Shown here piece by piece: positions 25,251 through 38,623 of a stretch of DNA of 64,000 nucleotides. This DNA is from Geosiphon pyriformis uo1. Its lineage: Eukaryota > Fungi > Glomeromycota. The notes below the pieces were generated by a model. The model was not told the origin of the DNA, ran no database searches, and saw only the letters and a program-made list of their open reading frames with translations. Made by a program: the position numbers and the translations under genes. Location: contig JAAOMT010000639.1 of assembly GCA_016748015.1 (NCBI GenBank), positions 124,001 through 188,000 on the forward strand. The letters run 5' to 3'. Numbering within the stretch: position 1 is the first letter of the stretch; the number at the start of each line of letters is the position of its first letter.

Positions 25251-28200
25251 GATATACTAATCAATATGGCAGAAGAAAAAATTGTTGACAAAGAAGAAAT
25301 TATCTCAACCCATCAAGCAATTTCTATTCCACTATATGACCAGTATATGTTAGCCATAAAAAGAGAAGTGAAGGATCAAGCTTAATTGTTTGAAGCAAAA
25401 GCCACCATTTGTGAATCAGGAGAGATTGGACTTACCAATCTCTACATCTCAGCCAACAGCCCCAAAAATATTAAAATTTCCATCCACAACACAACTGGAA
25501 ACATCATTGAAATACTAAAGGGAACCATTATTGGATATTTAACCACTGAAGTTGAGGATTAACCACCAAACCATATTCCAGATTTTCCACAACTGTGTGG
25601 ATATGTAAACATCACATCACAAACCATCTACAGATAAAGTGGATGCTATCTGCTCCAACCAGAACAATTGGAACAGAAAAACATAAAAAATCTAGACCCA
25701 CTCCAACAGATGTTACTCAACAATTTTAATGACATCTTTGCTAGCAAAAATGAATTTGGCCACACCAATATCATCTAGCATTAGATCAAAACTAAAGATG
25801 CAATGCCAATTAAACAAAAAGCATACAAAGTACCACCACCTAGCCATGAGATCATTTGTCAAGAAATCAATCAGATGCTTGACAATGAGCTAATTCAGCC
25901 ATCAATGAGTCCATGGTTGTCACCAGTAGTACTAGTCTGGAAGAAGAATAGAAAAATTTGCTTTTGTGTAGATTACCAAAAATTGAATGGAGTAACCAAG
26001 AGAGACAGCTACCCAACTCCAAAGATCCAAGAACTATTCAACACTTTTGGAGGAAACAAATGGTTTTTGACACTGGATTTAGATAGTGGCTACTGGCAAG
26101 TAGCTATGGATTTAGCTGAAAAAAAAAAGACCACATTTACAACAAAAGAAGAGAATTTTGAATTTGAAATCATGCCATTTGGCTTGATAAATGCTCTAGC
26201 AACATTTCAATGGCTCATGGAAATCATATATACTGGACTACTATGGAAATCAGTAGTCATATACTTAAATAACACCAATGTATTCTCAAAAACATTCAAT
26301 GATCATCTGAATCACCTCTAGCAGGTGTTTGAAAGACTAAGAAGAGCTGGATTGAAACTAAATGCAATGAAGTGTTTCTTTAGAAAAATTGAACTCAAGT
26401 TTTTGGGACATGTTGTAAGCAAAGATGATATCAAAATGAATTCAAATAAGATTGCAATAGTAAAAAACTTTCCAGTACTAACAAACTTGCCAGAACTAAG
26501 GGCATTTTTGGGCTTCACAGATTATTATCACCACTTCATTAAGGACTTTTCCAAACTAGCTCAGCCATTTTACCAGTTACAAACTAAGAATGTAAAGTAT
26601 GAATGGACTGAAGCTCAACAAAAAGCATTCGACACATTGAGAAGAAAGCTTATTCAAGCCCCAGTGTTGATGTATTCAGACCACAGCAAACCATTCATTA
26701 TCACTACAGATGTATTAGGTTAAGCATTGGGAGCAGTACTATCACAGAAAGAACCAGATGGAAGAAAACATCCAGTAGCTTATGCCAGTAAAAGCTTAAG
26801 TCCAGCTGAAAAGAACTATAGAATTTCAGCACTGAAACACTTAGCAATCTATTGAGCAGTCATGAAATGGAGAGAATACTTGAGCCAAAAGTTTGAAATA
26901 TACATGGATCACAAGGAATTGACTTCAATTCAGAAACAAGAATTTGCAGACAATTGCCATGCCAGATGAAAAATAGAACTTTCACTATTTAACTATACAG
27001 TACATTATAAAAAGGGAAAAAATAATGAAAATACTAATAGATTGTTATGAATAAAACAAATCTAAAAACATTTCAACCTTAAAAATATAACAAAAGATAA
27101 ATATACAAAAATACCAACAATTTCAACATTATATAAATACCCAATTGTTCAAGAAAAAATTATCTCAAAAAGAACAAAAGAACATAAAACAACAATCAAA
27201 ATATTTTATTAACTATTAAAATATACTTTACCGAAAGAACAAAAAAAATCTAGATTAACTAACCAAAGTAATCACAGAACCAGAAAAAGAGAAAATATTA
27301 TTCAACATGCACTCAGATCCAACAGCAGAACATTTTCATAAAAAAACAACCATGGAAAGAACCAAAAAAAGATATTATTGGCCATCAATATATTCAAATA
27401 TCATCCAATATGTTCAAAATTATAATGCTTATTAGAGAAGAAAAGGAACAAGATCCAGTAAACCATTGAGACCAATCAAAGTAAAACAACTATTTGATTA
27501 CATTGGAATTGACTTAGTTGGACCATTAACAATCACCAGCAGAGGCAACAGATATATTGTAGTAGCCATGAACTATCTTATCAAATGGCCAGAAGCAAAA
27601 GCCATTCAAAGAGCAGATGCAGAATCCGTTGCCAAATTCGTTCATCAAGATTTGATTTGTTAACATAAATGTCTAAAAGAACTATTATCAGATCAAGGAA
27701 CTCACTTTGTAAACAGAATACTGGCAGAATTAAGTCAAAAATTTGGAATTAAAAGACCATTATCATTGTTATATTATTTACAAACCAATAGACTAGTTGA
27801 AAGATTCAATAGAACATTGTGTGAAGCAATTGCCAAAATCAGTCAAGAAAACCAAGATAAATGGGATTTGTTCATACCATCAGTATTATTTGCTTATCGG
27901 ACAATGAAGCAAGATACCACACAAGCAACACCATTTGAACTAGTATATGGTAGAAAAGCAACATTACCAGTTGAGATAAAGGTCAATACATATTCAACTG
28001 AACCAATAACAGAAGATAATTTTCAAGAAACATTGTTGAGAAGAACATATGACTTAATGAAAACACTAAAAAACAGACAACAAAAAGCAGCTGACAACAT
28101 ACAAAAGTCACAAGAGAAACAAAAAGAGAGACATGATAACCAACTACCAGACAAACCAGTTGAATTCAAAATTGGAGACAAAGTACTTCTACATCATACT

Positions 28201-28532
28201 AAAGCGGAAAAACAATAGAGTAGAAAATTTGATCCCAAATGAGATGAACCATTTCACATTAAAGAAATTCTTGGAAATAAAGCTTACAAATTAAGATGGG
28301 ACAACAAAATTTTAGCCAAAGCAGCACATAGTGATCAACTGAAACAATATTACCAGATAGCATTATCATCTATCAATAACATTTCACAACTAGAAGTACA
28401 AAGAATACTAGTTCAACCAGATGAGATTTTATGAGATCTGGAACCAATCATAGTTATTAAACCAAACACATAAAATCAAACAATCAGAAAGTATATAAAG
28501 ACACAGTATACGCAACAAAAGCAATCAAGAAA

Positions 28533-29168
28533 ATGGAAATACCAGATTATATTCACACTATAGCTCAACAACTGTTCCAGGTCTTAAGTCAACAACAGTT
28601 AGACATAGAAATTATTGTTAACAACCAAACAATTTGTTATTAAAACACTAAAAAAAAGACAAAAAACACACCATATCAGTGGATATCAAAGAATGATAAA
28701 AACTGGTCAGATAACATAATAGAAAAAGTAAAGAACACATTTGGGAAAATACCTATTATAACACCAACAGAAGAACTTACAAAAGAGAATTGGAAGCAAT
28801 GGACAGAACAACTTCCAATATCATACTGTTACTACCAGTTAGATCGGAAGTTGAATATTCAGGAGTTGTATATTGACAAATCCAATAGAATATTCAACCA
28901 AGACATAATACAACAAATTGAAGAATTTATTGAAAAAAAAATAAATTCAACACTACATATTAGAACAATGTACTAATTACACAACATATTTCGAAACTAT
29001 CCAGAAATACTGTTATACTCTGACATGGAAATCATAACTATTAAACAATGAGGAAGAATGAACAATACACAAGTGGAAGATGTGAGAAACAGAGTTGAAC
29101 AAACAATACTTGAAAAAGAAGTATTAGAATTAATTTAAAATGAAGATTTCAACAGAGCTCAATATTAA
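28533..29168 (+). pseudogene. Family-A ORF3 (unknown 211-aa protein), A2 copy
   Basis: ATG to TAA with no frameshift; four internal stops at codons consistent with CGA, CGA, TGG and CAA given the other copies. Confidence 0.75.
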
Positions 29169-29182
29169 AAAGAAGGAGATAA

Positions 29183-30062
29183 TATTACTCATAAAAAAAA
29201 AAACAGATATAAGAAAATAGGAGACCAATAGGAAAATAGTAGTTAGCATGTGAGCACATTGCTCAGCAATGTGGAGCAATGTCAGAAAGTATGGCATATT
29301 GCTCAACAATGTAGAGCAATATCAGAAATCACGGCACATCGCTCAGCAATGTGGAGCAATGTCAAGAAAATATGGCATATTGCTTAGCAATATGAGCATT
29401 GCTTGAGAAATTATAGCACATTGCTTGAGAATGTGAGTGATTTCATAGAACCCAAATTATGTATATATAGTGGTAGCATTAGAAGTAGAAAGACAGATCT
29501 TTCAGTTTAGATTTGATTTAAGCAACTCTCCATTTACAAATATCAATAAATAATTATTCACTATCTTAATCCACTTTCCATTATCAACACTTTATGTTGA
29601 TAGTAAGTAATACTTAACCATATGAGAACAATAGCTCTTGATCACAGCTATTGACAGGATACTAACTTGTAATTGCTTTTATTTATTTCTTTGTTTTTTT
29701 TTTTATTTTCCTTTGATTTGTTATTTTGTTGGTTTTACTAAACTGATTAAAAATTAAGTACTGAGTTATTGACATCAAGAATAGCCTGGTAAAAGACCCC
29801 AAAGGAAGGGTATAAGAATTGAAAATTTAAGGATAGCTTACCAGAAGGACATCTCTGCCAAAATTACCAGCCACCACACTGAGAAAAAAATTTGATGAAA
29901 CTGCAGTTTCGGGAGGCTATGGGAAAGACAACACTTGAATCTCTGTCTATTATACAAAAGACTTTACAACAAAACCTTCAGATATTGACACCAGAATACC
30001 AACCAAGCACCAAGTTACAGATTTGTTATTTGACTTGAGACCCCAAATAATCATCTGTAACA
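29183..30062 (+). repeat. A2 3' LTR with about four ~40-bp U3 repeats (CATTGCTCAGCAATGTGGAGCAATGTCAGAAA...)
   Basis: Follows the PPT; ends CTGTAACA then TSD CCAG. Confidence 0.9.
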
Positions 30063-30122
30063 CCAGTAATTCTCTTGGTAAGCTATCCTCAAATTTATAA
30101 GTGTTTTATTCTTGTTTTACGG

Positions 30123-31578
30123 TGTTACTAAAGATTTTTGGTCTCTTTTCTTAAATGTCATTGATGCCTGTTTGTTGTGAATTCATGTTGTCTGGATATA
30201 GTTAAACCTCCAATAACTGAATTTATCTTTAAATTATCTTCTATAGTTTGAACTGCTGGACTTATAGTAGAATGGCCAATTCCGTGTCAGTTGCTTCATG
30301 TAGTTATGTTGTGGTAAACATCAACTCTTTCTCAGGAATTGCTCATCTGGAAGCTCACTAAAAATGTGTAGTTACTTTGCTGTGAAAGTCAACTTTTCTA
30401 CAGGAATCTCGTCTGTAGGCTACCCTAATGATTATAATAAGAAAATAAATAAAAGAAAATAAAAGAATTGTAAAAGAAATAGAATTCTGTCAAGGGAAAC
30501 GTTTTCTATCCAGGCCTGGAGTTACTAACAGTTTTACTGAAATTGGTAGCTAATCAATTTCAAATGTTAGTTGGGTTTTGGGAATTTTCTAAGTGCAATA
30601 ATTAAAGAATTTGGTTTTTTTGAATTATTTGATATTTATTTCTTTTTGTGTGTATAGAAATGGTTCTAAGTAATAAATCTAAGATAAGATACATTTTCTC
30701 AAAGAAAAAAGCTCTTCTTTTATACAACTTGTCATTGTTACGGTTTAAGAATTTAGCAAAAAGAATCATAAAAATAATACAAACTATTCAATTATAATAT
30801 AGCACAGTAATAATCTTAGAAAGGTAATGATTAACATAGTAGCAAACACTATCTCGTGATAGTGGCAAGCACCAGTTCACAATAGCAGCCAACACCAACT
30901 GGTGATAGCAGCAAGCACCAGGTTGAAATATCAAAAAGAAAGTATTTTCTCGTAGAACTACAAACATATATATATACAGTAGTTTTAATATTGGGAAAGA
31001 ATCAATCAAGTAATAAAAATCATAACTTATCAAGCAACAGATTCAATTTTATCCAACAAACCCCACTTTAAATCATACTTTCAAATTAAATATTCCAAGA
31101 AACCTTTAAAAATCAAAAAGAAATGAAAAAGAATATTTAAAACGGAACTATCACAACCCAAAGTATTAAGAAACTTACTTGTATTATTTATTGAATGAAA
31201 CTATCATTCATCAACTGAATCCCTTGGAAGAATAATCCTTGATCAAGATTATTCACGTTGTTACTAATTGATAAAAGCTTTATTGTAAGAATTAGAAAAG
31301 TGCTAAAGACCATTAACATTCCGTGTTTCTAGATTAGAGAAACACATCAGGCAATTGCAAGGATAGCCTCAGAGAAGACCCCAGACAGTGGGTAGATTTC
31401 AGTTCAGCCTCTGAGAAGGAGTACATAAACACACACAACAATCAAGAATTAAAGAATAACTTACATCACAACAGTAAAAAGAAAGCCTTCAGTGTAACAG
31501 TGACATTATCACACAAATAGAATTGAGGAACTCATGAAAGACTGATTGCAATTAAAGCGGGATATCAGCAATTAAATA
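30123..31578 (-). mobile_element. C: probable 3' LTR (30123-31058) plus adjacent internal sequence of a third LTR family, cut by the gap
   Basis: Interrupts the A1 LTR abruptly at TGTTACT. On the minus strand a purine-rich AAAGTGGGG precedes TGTTGGA at 31058. No coding region or second LTR is visible, so boundary and orientation are tentative. Confidence 0.5.
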
Positions 31579-31793
31579 NNNNNNNNNNNNNNNNNNNNNN
31601 NNNNNNNNNNNNNNNNNNNNNNNNNNNNNNNNNNNNNNNNNNNNNNNNNNNNNNNNNNNNNNNNNNNNNNNNNNNNNNNNNNNNNNNNNNNNNNNNNNNN
31701 NNNNNNNNNNNNNNNNNNNNNNNNNNNNNNNNNNNNNNNNNNNNNNNNNNNNNNNNNNNNNNNNNNNNNNNNNNNNNNNNNNNNNNNNNNNNN
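31579..31793. other. Assembly gap (N run) followed by a long poly-A
   Basis: Seen directly. Confidence 1.
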
Positions 31794-31813
31794 CTAAAAA
31801 ATAAAAAATAAAA

Positions 31814-31876
<63 letters not shown>

Positions 31877-32335
31877 AAATGCAATTGCAAGTTAGTATCT
31901 CATCAATAGTTGTGATCAAGAGCTATTGTTCCAGTGTGGTCAAGTATCAATTACTATCAACATGAAGTGTTAATAGTGGGAAGTGAATTGGGATAGTAAA
32001 TAATTATTTATTGATATTGGGAAATAGAAGGTTACTTAGATCAAATTTAAACTGAGAGATCTGTTTTTTTCTACTTCTAATGCTACCACTATATATACAT
32101 AATTTGGGTTTTATGAGATCACTTACATTCTTGACCAATGTGCTATAATTTCTCAAACAATGCTTACATTGCTGAGTAATATGCCATAATTTCTGACATT
32201 GCTTTATATTGCTGAACAATATGCCATGATTTCTGATATTGCTCTACATTGCTGAGCAATGTGCTTACATGCTAACTATTATTCTCTTATTGGTCTACTA
32301 TTTTTTCTATATCTGTTTTCTTTTTATGAGTAACA

Positions 32336-33942
32336 ATATACAAGAGAAATGCTTAGTTAAAAAACCTAGCTTTGATTATGATGATAGAAATGCTCTTATT
32401 ATAGGGAATCTAAATTAAATGCCTAAAGATTCATGTTTGAAAACCAAGCAGACCATGAAAAAACCATTGAGAAAAATTAATTTTTTGAGTGATAATAATA
32501 GTGATGTTTTTTTGGATATTCTTCTAACTCTCCCTCCTTTCTTGAAAGTTTTAATTAATATTCCAATTAAAAAATCATTTGTTTTAGATATTGGTTTAGA
32601 TAAAATAATCAGAAAATTCTCTCAAAAAAAGCTTGTAATAGTAAGAAGACTGTTTTCAAAAATTAATGGTTTTGGGAGGGGTCTCTACTCTCTCAAAATT
32701 TGCTGAAATTATTAAAGCAACATTCACTTCTGAATTGAGCTTGGCTTAAGCATCTGATATGACAATAGTTGCAAAGATTACAGTAAATACCAATTTCAAA
32801 AAATCTGTTGTATATTCAGATCAGGCTGTGATATTAAAAAAAATCTCAATTGATATGTTAGTTGAGGCTGTGTATACTGCACTTTTCAAATATGGGTTGA
32901 TTAAGTCAATTAAGATGCAATTAGTAAAACTGTAACAAAAAGCTGTGATGAAGTTTGACCAATCAGACCAGGCTAATTTGGTTATAACAAACTGGTTTAT
33001 CTTAATTGAAAAAGATGCTGTGCATGTTGTTAGAACAGATCAAGACAAAATAACATGGAATGCAAGAGATTGTTATAGGGCACTGTTCTATATACTGCCA
33101 ATAGAAATTAATGCTCATAATATTTATGATTTTATTGGTTCTATGGGTGGGAAAACATGTGTTATCAATTATTATCCAGTTTCATATGCTTAAGCCAGAT
33201 GTCCTACTGTTTACTTTAATTCTGCTAAGTTATTGAATATTGTTATAAGAACTACACCAGTTTTAAGAGATACCAATTTGTGCTGAGCCTATCTAGGTTT
33301 AGCAAAGTGTACTAAGTATAAAAAATTGGGTCATACTTTATTAGGTTGTTTTGTAAATGAAAAAACTTCTTTTGGTGGCCTATTCTGTAAAGTACTGTTA
33401 AAAGATGATAAAAGCAGACTAATATCATTTATGCTAAATATTTAGTACTAATTACCCATTCTGTTTTTTTTGGTAGTGTTTTTTGGACCAAGATTGTTGA
33501 TAGATCTTCTTTTCCTTCTCTTCTTATATGAAGTGGCTTGAGTGATTCTGGTTCTTTTTCAAAATTGAAATCTACTTTATTGGTGTCTATAAAATTAAAT
33601 AATAGGTTTGCTACTTTTAAGCATAGTCTTGTCAGCTTTGTGGAACATATTGACAAGTTAACTAAGAGGTTAGACACATCTAAGCCAACAGTTTCTCAGT
33701 CTAACCTTAGACATTAGTCATTGGTAACCCCCTTATCACAGAATTAAGAGGCAAATATAGTGATGAGTAAGAGTTCAGATGTAGTTACTCATGGTAAGAC
33801 TATTATGAAAATAGTGGTTTTTGATTTGTTGGTTATTTCAAAATTAGAAGACACTTTGAACAATCTGTTAGTTACAGTTATAGGCTTATTGGCCAAAGTA
33901 AACAATACTGGTTTGGTTTTTGTTGTTTATCCTTCTCAATAA
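32336..33942 (+). pseudogene. L2 ORF1, main part (5' part at ~6864-7090)
   Basis: KKSFVLDI, RRLFSKINGFG and GKTCVIN match L3 ORF1. Confidence 0.8.
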
Positions 33943-36900
33943 CAGATCTAATATAGAAATTTGCTATATGCAATATTTAGAATCTCAATGTTCTTGTCAA
34001 GCAGGAAAAAATTGTTTGTTGGCATAAAAAATCAGGTAGTTTGGTTTCTATTGTTATTGAGACAAAGTTAAAATCTAGCATTAGGCCATGAATTATGAAT
34101 AAGTTTGATGAAGTAAGGGTCTTTTCATCTGGTTTGAACAAAAGTTTTTTAGTACTAGGGTGGCAATTATTATGAACAATTCTTTGACTTGTTATGTATC
34201 TAAAATTGAAGAAGTCCCTAATTACCTTATTTTAGTTTGGCTTCTCTTTAAAGACAAGCTTTCAGTCACGATTTTGGGTTTATATGTTGGTGTTTTAGTT
34301 GAAATCAAATTTGGTTAGACTGTAGGAATCAACTCTTTTATTACTAAGGCTATTAACTTCAGCACTTTTGTGATTCTGAATGGAGATTTTAATAAGAATG
34401 AGTCTAAAAAGAGTACAAGTTTCAAATTCTGCTCAGATCTGAATTTGGTCAATTTTTTTGGTAAGCATCCACTAATTAAAGCTTCTACTTAGAGCAATTC
34501 AAGAGGTGCTGAGAAAGTTATTAATTATATTTTTGTAAGTAAGAGTCTGTTATCTGTGGTGGCTGGCCATATAACTAATCTTATTTCTGAGTTTTTTGAT
34601 ACAGATCACAGGACTGTTTTGGTTTCAATTGGTTTGGATAGTCTTTTAAATGTTCAATTAAATAGTTTATACAAACAGACTAACAAAGATCATTAGAAGT
34701 TCAGTTTTAAGAATATAGATAATACCAAATGGGCAAGATTTAAAGATTGTGCTTTAACCAAACTTTTAATAATAAAGGCTGGATTTTTTGTGACTAGTAT
34801 TTGTGGTAATTTGAATACTATATAGAAGTTGTTGAAGAAAGTGATGATAAAGTTGGCTAATAAAACATTTTTTAAATATTGGTTCAGTAAATTTGAGTGT
34901 TCTAAAAACAAATACTCTTCAAAATTTTTTGGGTTGAAATTGCTAATTGCCAAAATTGTTAAGAAGTTGAACTCAGATAACATGTTTAGATTTAATTGTT
35001 TTGCTAAGAAATAGGCAACTTTGGATGGTAATAAGACTCTTAAGATTGTAAATATGATTTAGAATAGTGTAAGTTCAATGGTTATTCTTAAACATTTGTC
35101 AATAATTCATAAAAAATGCAGAAGGTTCAAGCTTTATAATCAAAGTTGGCTAAAAAAGTGTTTATTAAAAAAGCAATTAAAAAGCACATAGAAAGTTATT
35201 GTTTTAATAAAGAATATATGATCCAAAGTATTCTAAACCAGCTCTTTTGCAAGATGATTTTGAATTACTTGGTGGTAAAAGATGAATTGGTGGTTGAGTC
35301 TAATAAAGTGAAGCTTAAGATAAATAAAATTATGGAAGGGTAGACAAAAAAACAGTCAGTGCTTCCAAAGATGTCCAACTTTTAGGCTCATTAATACATG
35401 TTCTTAAACTATGTTGATAATAATGTCTTTTCTGGTGTGATGAAAAAGATTGATATAAAGAAGCTGTTTTTGGTTGTTAATAATTTACTAAATAATAAGG
35501 CTGCTGAATTGTCAAGAATACTTAATAAACTTTAAAAAAATTATGATAGAGAGGTGCTGGTTTGTTTTTTAAGACTATTAAATTTGTGTTTGACTTTGGA
35601 TATAATTTTGATTTCTTAGAAGAGAGTGTGGGTTTTGATAATCCCAAAATCTTATGAATGGAATAGCATTTTAATAAATACTAGGCCTATTACACTGATT
35701 AAGACTGCCTAGAAGATATTATCTAAGATTTTTTTTGATAAAATTTCATTAGTGTACAGCAAATTTGATGTTTTTTATGGTAATAACTTTTTAGTGTTAA
35801 AAAGTACTTTAACTCAGTCTCCTATTTTTGCCATTGGATTAGTCATTAAAGATGCTCTGAAGAAAAACAGATTGGTTGGTATTATAAGACATGCACAAAG
35901 CTTATGATTTAGTGGGCTGACATTATTTAAAAGTTAGTTTGTATTGTATTAAGATATACAGCTAATTTATCAGGTTTTTTGGCAGTATTTATAAGAATTG
36001 TATCAATAAAGCTATAACAGATTTTGGACTCTCAAATGATTATAGAGTACATGATGGCTTGAATTAGAGTGAGGTTTTTTCTCTACTTTTTTGGAGAATT
36101 TTCTATAATCTACTTTTGTGTAAAGTAAAGAGACATAAATATTTGTACAAATACCATATTAATACTAGATTTGTGGCAAAGACTAACAGAATTAAGGCTG
36201 TTGGAGAAAGAATTTTTTTTTTAGCAGCTGGTATCTTTGTCGACAACATAATTTGGATTGGAAGTTGTCAAGCTTCTACACAATACATTTTTAATATTGT
36301 CAGTGAGTTTTTTGTTGTCAATAATATTTTTATTAATAATAATAAGACAGTAGCTATTTTCATTAATCAAAGTATCAAGTTTGTATTACTGTTAATTAAT
36401 AGTTTACTTATCTTAATTGTCAAAAAAAGTGAATTATACAGGTACTTGGGTATTTTTTTATCCACTGAAGATTTTTCTAAACCTAGTTTGGCTTAGACTC
36501 ATGTAAATGTTTGGTTTTTTTTAAATATGGTGTTAAAGAAAACCATTACAGATAAACAATTTTCTTACTTGGTTTTGGCTGTTTTGCAGTCCATAGTTAG
36601 CTATTAAATACAATTTAGTTTTGTTTTGACAAGTGTGTATTACAAATGGGATGTAATAGTTAGAAAGTGTCTTAAGATCAAGACTAGTTTGCTTTGTGAC
36701 TTTTCCAATAAGACTTTACATCATCCATTTTTGTATGATTTAAAATCTTTTAAGCAAGTGCAATTTGAAAAGAAGTTGGCTTTATTGATTTCTTTTTTCA
36801 ATGCTCACAGCATTTTTAGACATCTTTTTAAGCATAGATTTTTAAATTTGCAGATTTTGAGATGGTTTTTTTTGAATTCTTTACAGTTTTTTATCAAGTT

Positions 36901-38623
36901 GTATGTTAATTTAACAAATAATTTTTTGGCTGGTATGATAAAAATCTTTTTGGAAAATAAGTTGTCTTTAATAAACAACTTGCCTACTGCTTTTTGCAAG
37001 CCAAGTAGGTTTCCAATGTTTGGTATCTTAGAGCAACTCTTGTATTACAACTTTGTTCCTTTTTTAAAATAGTTTGGTATTGCATTTGGTGACAGATTTC
37101 TGGACAAAAAAGAGAATGTGATAGATTGGAAAACTTTTCAGTAATGGAAAAAATTGAATCTGAAAGGCTCTGTGTTTTATTAATTTAGACTGATATCTGA
37201 GTTTATAAGAAAAAATGGTTTTTTTAAGATTAAATTTGCTGTTGTTTCTGGATTGTCTGTGCTAAATATCTTGAAATTCAAGAAGTTCTGTGATGTTTAT
37301 GATTGTTTATTAAAGATTTGGTCTGATTGTATTAAGATTTACACAGATGGGTCCTTAAAGAGTGCTGGTTCTGCTAAGGTAACAAGTGGGATGGCTGCTT
37401 ATTTTCCAGCTGTTGATGTGGATGTTAAAATTAGAGTGCATAGACTGTTGTCTTCTACTTTGGCTGAATTACAGACTGTTGTTTTGGCTTTGAAGTGTGT
37501 TTTATCTTCATGTGTTATAGTTTTGTATTTAAATAGTCAATTTGCAATTGATGCTTATGTGTCTGAAACTTCATTTGTGATACTTGATTTTTGCAATCAA
37601 TGTTGGATAGAAAAATTGTATATAGTCAATTTTATTAAAGATAAAAACATTTCAGTTAAGTGGATGAAAGTTAAGAGACATTCAGGAATTTTAGGCAATA
37701 TTAAGACTAATAAACTAGTTAACAAGACCATTTTTTCTTCTTTTTCTTTACATGTGGGAATTCAGAAACAGTTTTTGGTTGCTAAAAATACTGCTGTGTT
37801 TGGTAATGCTTATCATTTTGTTTGTAATCTGTACTGGTTAATTTGCTGTGCTTATTGAGAACCTGGTTCTGGTTTTGATGTTGTTTCAAGTGTTATGGTT
37901 AAAGAAATAGATTGAACTACTATTACAATGAGTTGGCATCCTAACTTGTATATGCTTTCTGAGTTTACTAGTAGAAAATTGGCTAATTTGCATACATATA
38001 TAATAAAAATAGTATACAGATAACTGTCAATAACAGTTAAGAAGAAGTTATATAACAGAAATTATCCTAGAATGTTGTGCTTGCTGTGTAACAAGATGAA
38101 ATTGTCTGATTATGTTTTTACTTGTTTTGATAATATTGGTCTTTATAAAAACATTTTGGTTGAGACTGCTAAAAAATAGATATTGTTGGCAGGTTCTTTT
38201 TGTTTGTCTAATTCTGATATTTTGCACTTACTTTCAATATGTGTTTCAAATGTGATTTTGTACACTGCAATTTGCAAGAGCTTTGTGTTAAGAGATTGGT
38301 ATATTAAAGCTGTTCTAATCTTTAAGGGGAAGAAAAAAACTGCTCTGACTCTGGTTGAATACATTCAGTTTGTAGTAGAATTGCATTGCATTAAAATGTG
38401 ATTAATTAAATTCAAACATAGGATGAATATTGAAAAGACTGGTTTGGTTAAGAATGATGGTTTGATTGTGGACTTGTCTTACTGTATAATATTTATATTG
38501 TCAGATAGAATGGTTTGTATGCTTGGTATTATGGAATCTTTTGCTGTTAGTTTTGGCAAACATAAAATATGTTATTTTTTTTCTGGTTTAGATGCTGATG
38601 CTTTTATTAATATAGACATATAA
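33939..38623 (+). pseudogene. L2 ORF2 (APE endonuclease, RT, RNase H, zinc finger)
   Basis: Colinear with L3 ORF2: KFAICNI, GDFN, DTDH, AAGIFVDN, IYTDGSL, CLLC...DYVFTC. Confidence 0.88.

Larger units (their letters stand above)
12999..28473 (+). pseudogene. A2 gag-pol (Gag, CCHC, PR, Cys-rich region, dUTPase, RT, RNase H, integrase), interrupted by B at 14087-21806
   Basis: NWDDA|RAMQAI rejoins across B; LILDSGSAGS protease; DAGFDL dUTPase; LDLDSGYWQV and YLNN (decayed YLDD) RT; IGIDLVGPL and VERFNRTL integrase. Confidence 0.9.
12153..30062 (+). mobile_element. A2: full-length family-A Ty3/Gypsy element inserted in the A1 5' LTR; contains B
   Basis: LTRs 12153-12935 and 29183-30062; TSD CCAG at 12149-12152 and 30063-30066; PBS after the 5' LTR; PPT AAAAAGAAGGAGATAA at 29167-29182; domain order PR-RT-RH-IN. 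Confidence 0.92.
7091..32335 (-). mobile_element. A1: internally deleted Ty3/Gypsy family-A element; 5' LTR interrupted by A2, C and the assembly gap
   Basis: 3' LTR 7091-7959; PPT at 7960-7977; decayed PBS 11923-11939; 5' LTR pieces 11942-12152, 30067-30122 and ~31800-32335. Flanks TCAT/ATAT fit a 4-bp TSD in length but only 2 of 4 bases match. Confidence 0.8.

Noticed and set aside
28200-28473. Chromodomain or env at the end of pol
   Set aside because: Integrase ends shortly after the GPY/F module with no chromodomain pattern; ORF3 has no hydrophobic segments.
29255-29435. Regularly spaced palindromic repeats resembling a CRISPR array (also 21620-21720 and 57260-57425)
   Set aside because: Units are contiguous with no unique spacers, lie inside LTRs, and there are no cas genes; the DNA is eukaryotic.
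31365-31420. Short inverted and direct repeats (CTCAGAG/CTCTGAG) in element C as a possible ribozyme
   Set aside because: Only a 7-bp stem, single copy, and no recognisable catalytic core.
31552-31890. ORF with a poly-Phe and X run
   Set aside because: Artefact of the poly-A tract and the N gap.
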